NCBI GenBank assembly: GCA_018829965.1
Contig: JAHJTG010000016.1
Location: 93,537-157,536, forward strand
Length of the DNA stretch: 64,000 bases
Direction of reading: 5' to 3'
DNA from: Patescibacteria group bacterium
GTDB lineage: Bacteria > Patescibacteriota > Minisyncoccia > Minisyncoccales > Staskawiczbacteraceae
Shown here: in pieces, positions 10,402-18,139 of the stretch
Layout of the letters: each line of letters begins with the position of its first letter
Position numbering within the stretch: the first letter of the stretch is position 1
The notes under the pieces: generated by a model
What the model saw: only the letters and a program-made list of their open reading frames with translations
Told to the model about the DNA's origin: nothing
Database searches by the model: none
Translations under genes and position numbers: made by a program

Positions 10402-11925
10402 TTATTTGAGAATATTTTTCAACAATTTTTGAACCATTTCGGGATTAGCTTTGCCTCGGGTTTCTGCTATAACCTTTCCTGCTAAAAACTGCAAAGCATT
10501 CTGTTTTCCTTTTTTAAAGTCGTCTACTGCACTTTGGTTTTTTTCGATTACACTTTTAATCGCTTTTTCAATTTCTTTTTCGTCGCTAATCTGACTTAAG
10601 CCTTTTTCTTCAATAATCTGTGAAGGATCTTTACCAGTTTGCAACATTTGCACTAAAACTTCTTTCGCTGTTTTGCTAGTTATTTTTCCGTCGTTTATAA
10701 GAATTATAAATTCAGAGAAGTCTTCCGGAGTTATCGCGCATTCTTTCTCTGAAAATTGTTCTCCTAATAAGCCTTGTAGGTCTGTAATGATATAATTACT
10801 AGCTAATTTAATTAAAGACTGTTTTTTATCTTTTTTTGCCTCTGTTTCAATCTCGCTGATAACTTTTTCAAAATATTCTCCTAGGTCTTTGTTATCGGTA
10901 AAGATTTCTATAGATTTTGCATCCAAGTCATACTCTTTTTCAAATCTTTTTCTCTTATTCGCCGGCAATTCTGGGATTTCAGCCTGAACGCTGTTTATAA
11001 GTTGTGAGTCCAATATGATAGGTGGTATATCTGGCTCTGGAAAATACCTATAATCATGCGCTTCTTCCTTCTCCCTCTGACTGAATGTCTCCTCTTTGTT
11101 GTCATCCCAGCCACGTGTTTCCTGAATTACTTTTTTCCCGTCGTCTAAAACCTCTGTTTGCCTTTTAATTTCGTAATTAACTGCCTTCTCCGCCGCTTTA
11201 AAAGAGTTTAAATTCTTTATTTCCACCTTTGTCCCGAGTTTAGGATTTTGGACTTTCGATTTTGAATTTGTTTCGGATTTAGAATTTAGGATTTCGGATT
11301 TGAGTGGAAGTAAGCTTATGTTTACTTCGACTCTTAGTTGTCCTTTTTCCATATCAGCATCGGAAACCTCCAGATATCTTAAAATTAATTGCAGCTCCTC
11401 GGCAAAACGTCGTACTTCTAATCCTGATTTCAAATCAGGCTCTGTTACTAGTTCCATTAAGGGCATGCCTGCTCGATTATAATCAACTAAAGAATAGTCC
11501 ACGCCTTTTGGATGTAAAAGACGACCAGTATCTTCTTCTAGGTGTATCCTCGTAATTCTAATTTTCTTTAAATATAACTCTGAAAAATCTTGAGATACTG
11601 GTATTTCTAAAAAGCCTTTTTCACAAAACGGTTTATCATATTGAGAAATCTGATAACCTTTTGGCAAATCTGGATAGAAATAGTTTTTCCTATCAAACTT
11701 TGACTCTTCATTAATCTTGCAGTTTAAAGCTAATCCTGTTTTTACAACTTTTTTTATTGCTTCTTCATTAGCAACCGGAAGCGTCCCCGGGTGCGCCATA
11801 CAAATCGGGCAAATATTAAAATTCGGCTTTTTCTCATCCGGATCGTTCTTACAAGAACAAAACATTTTAGAGTTAGTTTTCAACTCCACGTGTATTTCTA
11901 ATCCTATTGTTGTTTTGTAATTCAT
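10402..11925 (-). CDS. gatB: Asp-tRNA(Asn)/Glu-tRNA(Gln) amidotransferase subunit B
   Basis: IGLEIHVEL, RKNYFYPDLPKGYQISQ and DYRYFPEPD motifs. Confidence 0.98.
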   Translation of the reverse strand: MNYKTTIGLEIHVELKTNSKMFCSCKNDPDEKKPNFNICPICMAHPGTLPVANEEAIKKVVKTGLALNCKINEESKFDRKNYFYPDLPKGYQISQYDKPFCEKGFLEIPVSQDFSELYLKKIRITRIHLEEDTGRLLHPKGVDYSLVDYNRAGMPLMELVTEPDLKSGLEVRRFAEELQLILRYLEVSDADMEKGQLRVEVNISLLPLKSEILNSKSETNSKSKVQNPKLGTKVEIKNLNSFKAAEKAVNYEIKRQTEVLDDGKKVIQETRGWDDNKEETFSQREKEEAHDYRYFPEPDIPPIILDSQLINSVQAEIPELPANKRKRFEKEYDLDAKSIEIFTDNKDLGEYFEKVISEIETEAKKDKKQSLIKLASNYIITDLQGLLGEQFSEKECAITPEDFSEFIILINDGKITSKTAKEVLVQMLQTGKDPSQIIEEKGLSQISDEKEIEKAIKSVIEKNQSAVDDFKKGKQNALQFLAGKVIAETRGKANPEMVQKLLKNILK

Positions 11926-12413
11926 TTTCTTTCTAAAATTACGAATGAATAATCAAACTTATTCTTTTCGTCAGCTTTATTGTCTGTTCTTTTTACTTCC
12001 CTCCATTCCTTTATATCAAATTCTGGGAAATATGTATCGCCTTCGAAACTGTGATGTATAAAGGTTAAATAAAGGCGGTTGGCTAATGGCAGAAGTTGCT
12101 TATACACCAATGCTCCTCCGCAAATCATTACTTCGTTTTCATTTTTTACCATATCTAAAAGTTCTTCTATAGAGTGCGCGACGAAGCAACCTTCTGGCGG
12201 AACATAACTTAAGTCGTTGTTTAAAATAATATTCTTTCTGCTTGGCAGGGGTTTTTCTCCAATTGATTTGAAAGTGTTCAAACCCATAACAATAGGTTTA
12301 TTCAGCGTGGTTTCTTTAAAATATTTAAAGTCGTCTGGCAGATGCCATGGCAAAGAGTTTTTGTTTCCAATCACTCTATTCTCTGCTACTGCTGATATTA
12401 TTGAAAGTATCAT
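11922..12413 (-). CDS. folA: Dihydrofolate reductase (start MILSIISAV)
   Basis: IGNKNSLPWHLPDD, PLPSRKNII and GDTYFP motifs; its stop overlaps the gatB start (ATGA). Confidence 0.95.
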   Translation of the reverse strand: MILSIISAVAENRVIGNKNSLPWHLPDDFKYFKETTLNKPIVMGLNTFKSIGEKPLPSRKNIILNNDLSYVPPEGCFVAHSIEELLDMVKNENEVMICGGALVYKQLLPLANRLYLTFIHHSFEGDTYFPEFDIKEWREVKRTDNKADEKNKFDYSFVILERK

Positions 12414-12429
12414 ATATTTTATAATTACA

Positions 12430-12480
12430 AGTGAAGGAGGAATATATGGAAACGAGTTTCTATATATTCCGACCGAACGA
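12430..12480. repeat. REP-like palindrome, AGCGAGG...CCGAGCGA family
   Basis: agtgaagga-ggaatatatggaaac/gtttctatatattcc-gaccgaacga; closely similar to 14114-14164. Confidence 0.85.
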
Positions 12481-12507
12481 CTAATTATATAAATTGCGGA
12501 GCAATTT

Positions 12508-13332
12508 CTAAACAGCCATTGGCGCTTTAATCGACGGATGATATTTATAGTCAACCAGCTTTATGTCTTCCATCTTAAAACTAAATATATCTTTTACTTC
12601 TGGGTTCAGCCATAATTTTGGCAAAGGATAAGGCTCTCTCGCCAACTGCTCTTTTACCTGGTCAAAATGATTTAAATAAATATGCGTGTCGCCTAAAATA
12701 TGCACAAATTCCCACGGCTCCAATCCCACAACCTGAGCCACCATATGTAAAAACAATGAATAAGAAGCAATATTAAACGGCACGCCTAAAAATGTATCGC
12801 AACTTCTTTGATACATTAACAAAGACAATTTGCCTTGAACGGAAAAAAAATGGAAAAGTAAATGGCAAGGCGGAAGAGCCATCATATCTAACTCTGCCGG
12901 ATTCCATGAAGACGCAATAATTCTTCTGTCTCCAGAATTTTTTTTCAATTGAGAAATAACATTGCTTATCTGATCTATCGGCACATCAGTATAAGGCGAC
13001 CTCCAGTTTCTCCATTGAACTCCATAAACTCTGCCCAAATCTCCCTCAAACTTTGCTTTTGGCTTCCAATAATCTGCATTAGCATTGCCATCCCAAATAT
13101 GACAACCTAGTTTTTGTAACTCTTTTACATCACTGCTTCCAGATAAAAACCAAAGTAATTCTGCTTTCATTGATTCAAATGCTAATTTTTTTGTTGTCAC
13201 TGCAGGAAAACCGTCTTTCATATTAAATCTCATCGGAACTCCGAAAATAGCTCGAGAACCAACTCCAGTTCTGTCAGGTCTATCAACACCCTCATCCATT
13301 ATTTTTTTTAAAACATCTAAATATTGCTTCAT
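12508..13332 (-). CDS. thyA: Thymidylate synthase
   Basis: DRTGVG, ALPPCH and QRSCDTFLGVPFNIASY motifs. Confidence 0.98.
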   Translation of the reverse strand: MKQYLDVLKKIMDEGVDRPDRTGVGSRAIFGVPMRFNMKDGFPAVTTKKLAFESMKAELLWFLSGSSDVKELQKLGCHIWDGNANADYWKPKAKFEGDLGRVYGVQWRNWRSPYTDVPIDQISNVISQLKKNSGDRRIIASSWNPAELDMMALPPCHLLFHFFSVQGKLSLLMYQRSCDTFLGVPFNIASYSLFLHMVAQVVGLEPWEFVHILGDTHIYLNHFDQVKEQLAREPYPLPKLWLNPEVKDIFSFKMEDIKLVDYKYHPSIKAPMAV

Positions 13333-13353
13333 GTTTTTTTAATTATAATTTCT

Positions 13354-13396
13354 AGCGAGGGAGGAATGAAAATAAATTTTCATTCCAACCGAGAGA
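13354..13396. repeat. REP-like palindrome, AGCGAGG...CCGAGCGA family
   Basis: agcgaggga-ggaatgaaaat/attttcattcc-aaccgagaga. Confidence 0.8.
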
Positions 13397-13401
13397 CAAA
13401 A

Positions 13402-14106
13402 TTATATTAATTTTTTTAAAAAAATTAATATTTTTTGATTTATTATTTCCGGTGACAATAACTCACTTTTATCCAAACATTCCACAACTTTAAAATCCTT
13501 TGGAAATTCTTTCGCTGCCGTTAAATAAGAATTAAGAGCGTTTTTTAAATGACTTCTGTCTTTTTCGTGTATATCTTGTTTTTTACTACTTCCCAAATAA
13601 GCTTTTCTTCTGTTTTGTTTATCTTTATCTGTTATGTTGTGTGCTAGCTTTAAAGAAAACTCTGGTGACGTTTTCAAAATAAACGTACAATCCGGCTTTG
13701 GTATTTTAAAAATATTATATTCTAAATTATACAACCAATTTACATATTTCTTCCATTCTTTTTTGCTTTTTATCTTTCCTCCTTGATGCCCAATATTTGA
13801 AACTAAATACCTGTCCGAAATAACAATCTTGCCTTCGTTTAACCATTTTTTAATTTTAAAACTAGCGTCATATCTATCACAAGCATAAAAAATAGAGGGA
13901 ACATAAGCCCCCACTTCTTCTGAGCTCCCGTATTTACCTGTTAAGTAATCATCTACTAATGCCGAGGATCTTTCTCCATGTTGTGGAAAATCAATTTTTT
14001 CTACTTTATATCCTTTATCTTTAAAATACTCAATCGCCAATTTTGCCTGAGTGGCTTTGCCACACCCATCAATTCCCTCGAAAACAATAAATTTTCCTTT
14101 TTTCAT
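13402..14106 (-). CDS. tmk: Thymidylate kinase
   Basis: FEGIDGCGKATQ P-loop and DRY motifs. Confidence 0.93.
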   Translation of the reverse strand: MKKGKFIVFEGIDGCGKATQAKLAIEYFKDKGYKVEKIDFPQHGERSSALVDDYLTGKYGSSEEVGAYVPSIFYACDRYDASFKIKKWLNEGKIVISDRYLVSNIGHQGGKIKSKKEWKKYVNWLYNLEYNIFKIPKPDCTFILKTSPEFSLKLAHNITDKDKQNRRKAYLGSSKKQDIHEKDRSHLKNALNSYLTAAKEFPKDFKVVECLDKSELLSPEIINQKILIFLKKLI

Positions 14107-14113
14107 AATTATG

Positions 14114-14164
14114 AGCGAGGAAGGGATATATGGAAACTCGTTTCCATATATTCCGACCGAGCGA
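14114..14164. repeat. REP-like palindrome, AGCGAGG...CCGAGCGA family
   Basis: agcgaggaa-gggatatatggaaac/gtttccatatattcc-gaccgagcga, followed by a second hairpin at 14169-14198. Confidence 0.85.
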
Positions 14165-14197
14165 TTAACTATATAAACGGCTTCGCCGTTTATATAG

Positions 14198-14812
14198 TCA
14201 TATTTTTTTTAAATATTCATTATAAACTATTTGCATCCAAACACTGTGACTTATTTTGTCACCCGACAAATCTTTTAAGCCTATCATCATTCCATCCATT
14301 TTATCGGCTTCTTTCACATTAATATTCGAGCTATCCCCCACGAAATGATAGACTAATCCTAAATGCACTTGCTCCACTGATCTTGATTCGTCGTTTATTA
14401 TACCGATTAATTTTTTTTGTATTAAATTACCTTGAAAATTAACTTCTTCATTCCACTCTCTCATCATACCAACCTCTAAAATATTCTTACCCCTATCGCC
14501 ATCTTTTTTGTTTATGTGTCCACCAACTCCTAGCTGATAATCATTATTAACTAATCTTTGATCGCCAGCTGCTTTTAAATACTTGTAAGCAAAAAATTGG
14601 TCTTCAAAACTAAAAAGGATATATGGAATTATCTGCTGAAAAGAAGAATCATTTTCCATATCTCCCCTTCTTTTAAATTGGCTTTCCTTTTTTATTAAAT
14701 CGATATAATAATCCAAATTATCAGTTTTCAATCCTTGCCACTTCCCATTTTTGAAAAGAATTTCTGATTTTATGACCAATACCTGCTCGTCCTCTTTTTT
14801 TATTTTTTCCAT
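14198..14812 (-). CDS. NUDIX-family phosphoesterase
   Basis: QIIPY, LGVGGHIN, REWNEE Nudix-like box and VHLG. Confidence 0.85.
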   Translation of the reverse strand: MEKIKKEDEQVLVIKSEILFKNGKWQGLKTDNLDYYIDLIKKESQFKRRGDMENDSSFQQIIPYILFSFEDQFFAYKYLKAAGDQRLVNNDYQLGVGGHINKKDGDRGKNILEVGMMREWNEEVNFQGNLIQKKLIGIINDESRSVEQVHLGLVYHFVGDSSNINVKEADKMDGMMIGLKDLSGDKISHSVWMQIVYNEYLKKI

Positions 14813-14875
14813 TGTTCTTAATTATTATCATAAATTATTCAAAAGTAAAAGGGCTCATTTTTTGAGCCCTTTTAT

Positions 14876-15274
14876 CTAATCAATTTTCATCCATTCAAAT
14901 GAACCCGAGAAATAAGCACCACAATTTTCGGAGCAGTCAAATTCATATATATTTCCTACATGTTTTAAATTGCCGTAACTTCTTGCGCCTCTTGAAAAAA
15001 TGGGCTCTATTTTTGTTAACCTGATATGCCCTTTATTACAAAACGGACAAAAAACTTCGGTAACTTTCCCAACAGAACGGTCATCGCAAGGATCACCCAT
15101 ATCTAATTCTTTGATAAGAAAATCCTTATAGAGAATAATTGACTTACTTCTATTCCCGAAAGGAGAGACCATACCCATTTCGTGAGGTTCAAACTTTTTA
15201 GGAAATTCAATTTTCTTTTGACCGGAACAATCTTTCGGCAAATGCTGTTCTGGAAGGTCGCTATTGTCGTTCAT
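14876..15274 (-). CDS. Hypothetical protein with CxxC / CxxxC zinc-ribbon-like motifs
   Basis: Strong Shine-Dalgarno aaggagg; CPFC and CSENC motifs; hairpin terminator at 14846-14873. Confidence 0.7.
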   Translation of the reverse strand: MNDNSDLPEQHLPKDCSGQKKIEFPKKFEPHEMGMVSPFGNRSKSIILYKDFLIKELDMGDPCDDRSVGKVTEVFCPFCNKGHIRLTKIEPIFSRGARSYGNLKHVGNIYEFDCSENCGAYFSGSFEWMKID

Positions 15275-15310
15275 CTTTATACCTCCTTTTTCAGTTTTAA
15301 AAGTTCTTTT

Positions 15311-15841
15311 TTATTTTAAATTCTCTTTTATATTCCTGTCTGCGCCATACTGATATTTATCGTCATAAATATCTTTTTCCCGCCACTCTTTAATCCAATC
15401 ATCTACTATAAATATTTTAAGCTCACCTTTGTTAGTATGACAAATTACCCTATCCAAACCTGCGTTTATAATCATTCTTTTGCAAAAAAAACAAGGGAAA
15501 GAATCATTTTTTTCCCCGTTTTTTGGATTTAAACTATGAATATATATATCTCCGCTTAAAAGACTTACTCCAGCACGAGCAGCATTAATTATAGCGTTCA
15601 TTTCCGCATGAACGCTTCTACAAACCTCATAACTTGTGCCATGAGGAATTTTAAATTTATCTCTTAGGCATTCTCCCCTTTCTAGACAATCTTTAGTTTT
15701 TCTCGGAGCGCCAATATATCCCGTGGCAATAATTTGATCGTCTCTAACGATTATTGCTCCACACTTATGCCTAAAACAGGTGCTTCTATCACCAATTTCT
15801 TTAGCAATCCCTAGATAGTATTGATCTTTAGATGACCTCAT
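15311..15841 (-). CDS. dCMP deaminase family protein
   Basis: RSTC, HAEMNAI and PCFFC zinc-binding motifs. Confidence 0.92.
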   Translation of the reverse strand: MRSSKDQYYLGIAKEIGDRSTCFRHKCGAIIVRDDQIIATGYIGAPRKTKDCLERGECLRDKFKIPHGTSYEVCRSVHAEMNAIINAARAGVSLLSGDIYIHSLNPKNGEKNDSFPCFFCKRMIINAGLDRVICHTNKGELKIFIVDDWIKEWREKDIYDDKYQYGADRNIKENLK

Positions 15842-15908
15842 AGTTTAGGTTTTAGGTGTTAGGGTTTAGGGTCTAGTTAATTATACGCTAAACGCTATAC
15901 CTTATACG

Positions 15909-16334
15909 CTATTCGCTTATTTCAATACCCATATTCTTGGCCGTACCTGCAATAATCTTCATTCCTTGCTCAACATCATTAGTATTCAAGTCTTCTAATT
16001 TCTTCTGGGTTATTTCTCTTAATTGGGCTTTTGTAATCTTGCCAACTTTTGTTTTATTCGGAGAACCAGAGCCTTTTTCAATCCCAGCTGCTTTTTTCAA
16101 TAATTCTGATGCTGGTGGCTTTTTTAATTTAAAGGTGTAAGTTCTATCAACATAAATTGTGACTTCTACTGGAATAATAAAACCGGCTTGGTCTTTTGTG
16201 GCATCATTAAATTTCTGACAGAATTCAGAAATATTCAAACCATGAGTAGCTAAAGCTGGTCCTACTGGAGGAGCTGGGTTAGCTTTTGCAGCTTGTATCT
16301 GAAGTTTTACTATAGCTTTTACTTGCTTTGGCAT
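15909..16334 (-). CDS. rplK: 50S ribosomal protein L11
   Basis: [11 protein letters not shown] and [10 protein letters not shown]; follows nusG. Confidence 0.98.
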   Translation of the reverse strand: MPKQVKAIVKLQIQAAKANPAPPVGPALATHGLNISEFCQKFNDATKDQAGFIIPVEVTIYVDRTYTFKLKKPPASELLKKAAGIEKGSGSPNKTKVGKITKAQLREITQKKLEDLNTNDVEQGMKIIAGTAKNMGIEISE

Positions 16335-16450
16335 AAATTTTATCAGCATTAATCCGCCAAAATCAGTATTAATCCGTGGTCTGCAATTGAAGTATTATTA
16401 ACCGCGGATTTATGCTGATACGACTGATTTATACGGATTTTTGTGTAATT

Positions 16451-16996
16451 TTAAAGTTTTTTAATCTGTAATGAGTCAAGCTCCACCGGAGTATCTCGAC
16501 CGAACATATTTACTAATACTTTTATCTTTCCTCTTTCTGCATCAAGCTCTGATATCTTTCCGTCAAAACCTTTAAACGGGCCGTCGGTAACCTTAACCAT
16601 TTCTCCGACTTCGACATCAATCTTGAAATTAGGCTCTTTAACTTCCATTCTTTTCATCAAATAGTCCACTTCTTCTTTTGAAACTGGGAGAGGCGTAGTA
16701 CCGGCTCCGATAAATCCTGTTACTCTCGGAGTATTTCTAACTACATACCAAGAAGCATCAGTAACAACCATTTCAACTAAAACATAGCCGGGATAAATCT
16801 TTTCTTCTATTGTTTTCCTCTTTCCATTTTTAATTTTAATCTTCCTTTCTTTTGGAACAATAACATTAAAAATCTTGTCTTCCATACCTAAACTCTCAAT
16901 CCTCTGTTTTAGGTTCTTGGCAACTGCATCCTCATAGCCTGAATAGGTATGAATCACATACCAGTTTTTACTTTGTTCAACTACTTGTTTTGGCAT
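16451..16996 (-). CDS. nusG: Transcription factor NusG
   Basis: WYVIHTYSGYE, PGYVLVEM, a KOW motif and FGRDTPVEL. Confidence 0.98.
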   Translation of the reverse strand: MPKQVVEQSKNWYVIHTYSGYEDAVAKNLKQRIESLGMEDKIFNVIVPKERKIKIKNGKRKTIEEKIYPGYVLVEMVVTDASWYVVRNTPRVTGFIGAGTTPLPVSKEEVDYLMKRMEVKEPNFKIDVEVGEMVKVTDGPFKGFDGKISELDAERGKIKVLVNMFGRDTPVELDSLQIKKL

Positions 16997-17017
16997 ACAC
17001 TTTTTGTTTCACAAAAG

Positions 17018-17148
17018 AAACTCTAAATTCTAAGCTCTAAACTCTAAACAATATCAAAACTCTAAATTCAAATAATTAAAACGTTTTTAGATTTTGAATA
17101 TTTAATATTTGGATTTATTTAGGATTTAGGATTTGGGATTTAGGATTT
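17018..17148. repeat. Inverted heptamer low-complexity arms
   Basis: (aaactct/aaattct)n followed by (tttagga/tttggga)n. Confidence 0.75.
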
Positions 17149-17156
17149 TATTAATA

Positions 17157-17366
17157 TTATTTATATAAGATGAATCTCTTAATTAATTCCGTAAAAATAT
17201 AGTCCAAACCGCCCAAGAAAGCAGCTGCCACAAAGGTAATTAAAATTACAATCATTGTGTATTTAAAAAGTTCCTGGCGGTTCAACCAATTAACTTTTCT
17301 GAGTTCTATATATACTTCCTTCAAAAAACTTTTAGTTTTAGCTGGAATATTAGAAATTTTGATCAT
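17157..17366 (-). CDS. secE: Preprotein translocase subunit SecE
   Basis: FLKEVYIELRKVNW plus one transmembrane helix; upstream of nusG. Confidence 0.95.
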   Translation of the reverse strand: MIKISNIPAKTKSFLKEVYIELRKVNWLNRQELFKYTMIVILITFVAAAFLGGLDYIFTELIKRFILYK

Positions 17367-17367
17367 G

Positions 17368-17514
17368 CCCAGTATATCATCTTCCAGACAACCAAAAAAT
17401 TATATTATTTATTTGGTTAAATGGATTAATTATTATAGTATCTACATACCCAGAACCAACTTCTTATCTTTTTGTTTGATGCGAATTAAGAATACTGGAA
17501 GTTGTATTACTGGG
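17368..17514. mobile_element. MITE, 147 bp, imperfect terminal inverted repeats beginning CCCAGTA, 4-bp duplication CATG at the secE start codon
   Basis: CATG on both flanks (17364-17367 and 17515-17518); homologous copy at 49547-49691. Confidence 0.85.
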
Positions 17515-17523
17515 CATGTTAAA

Positions 17524-17552
17524 ATTATATTAAGATTTTGGCTAAAAGTCAA
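17524..17552 (-). promoter_or_regulatory. Sigma70-like promoter TTGACT-N17-TATAAT upstream of the MITE and secE
   Basis: Near-consensus -35/-10 boxes, 6 nt before the duplicated ATG. Confidence 0.65.
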
Positions 17553-17646
17553 CGAATTAAGGTAATTAAAAACGGCCGCGAGGCCATCTATTTCTAGATT
17601 AGCCGAGATGATAAAAGAAGTCAATGCTTTTAAAATACTTGTAAAT

Positions 17647-18135
17647 TTATTCTTGCATAGTGTGAGTCAATAAATCTAATGGATATCTTTTGCCTGAAAA
17701 ATAATCTTTAACCATTTGTTTTATATCCATATCCCTAAGAGTCTTGGAATCCATCGCCTCTATTTCTTCAGGGGTGAACCATTTTGTCTCTGAAACATCA
17801 TCGGCAAGATCAGCAACCCTTTTATCAGAAATTGTACCAATGAAAATAATTTTTACAGGATGATGAATTTGCCCTAATTGCTTTTCTAAATCTTTTCTAA
17901 TAAGAGAATATATTCCTAAGATATGAATTGGAGTAAAAGAAAAACCCGTTTCTTCTTCTATTTCTCTTAATACCCCCGTTGGATCTTCACCTACTTCAAT
18001 CCATCCTGCTGGATGATTCCATTTTCCCTCATCTGGTCCCTTTTTTTGAGATTCTTTAACTAAAAGAATTTTACCATCTCTTTCAATAATAGCTCCCACT
18101 ACTCCAAATGTTTGTGTAAAAACTCTATTTGCCAT
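17647..18135 (-). CDS. NUDIX hydrolase
   Basis: Nudix box WNHPAGWIEVGE...REIEEETG. Confidence 0.9.
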   Translation of the reverse strand: MANRVFTQTFGVVGAIIERDGKILLVKESQKKGPDEGKWNHPAGWIEVGEDPTGVLREIEEETGFSFTPIHILGIYSLIRKDLEKQLGQIHHPVKIIFIGTISDKRVADLADDVSETKWFTPEEIEAMDSKTLRDMDIKQMVKDYFSGKRYPLDLLTHTMQE

Positions 18136-18139
18136 AAAT

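Noticed and set aside
12414..12554. Extended N-termini of folA, the RecJ-like gene, the second CYTH gene, rplK and lepA given in the ORF track
   Set aside because: The extensions run through repeats or intergenic DNA; downstream ATGs match the family starts.
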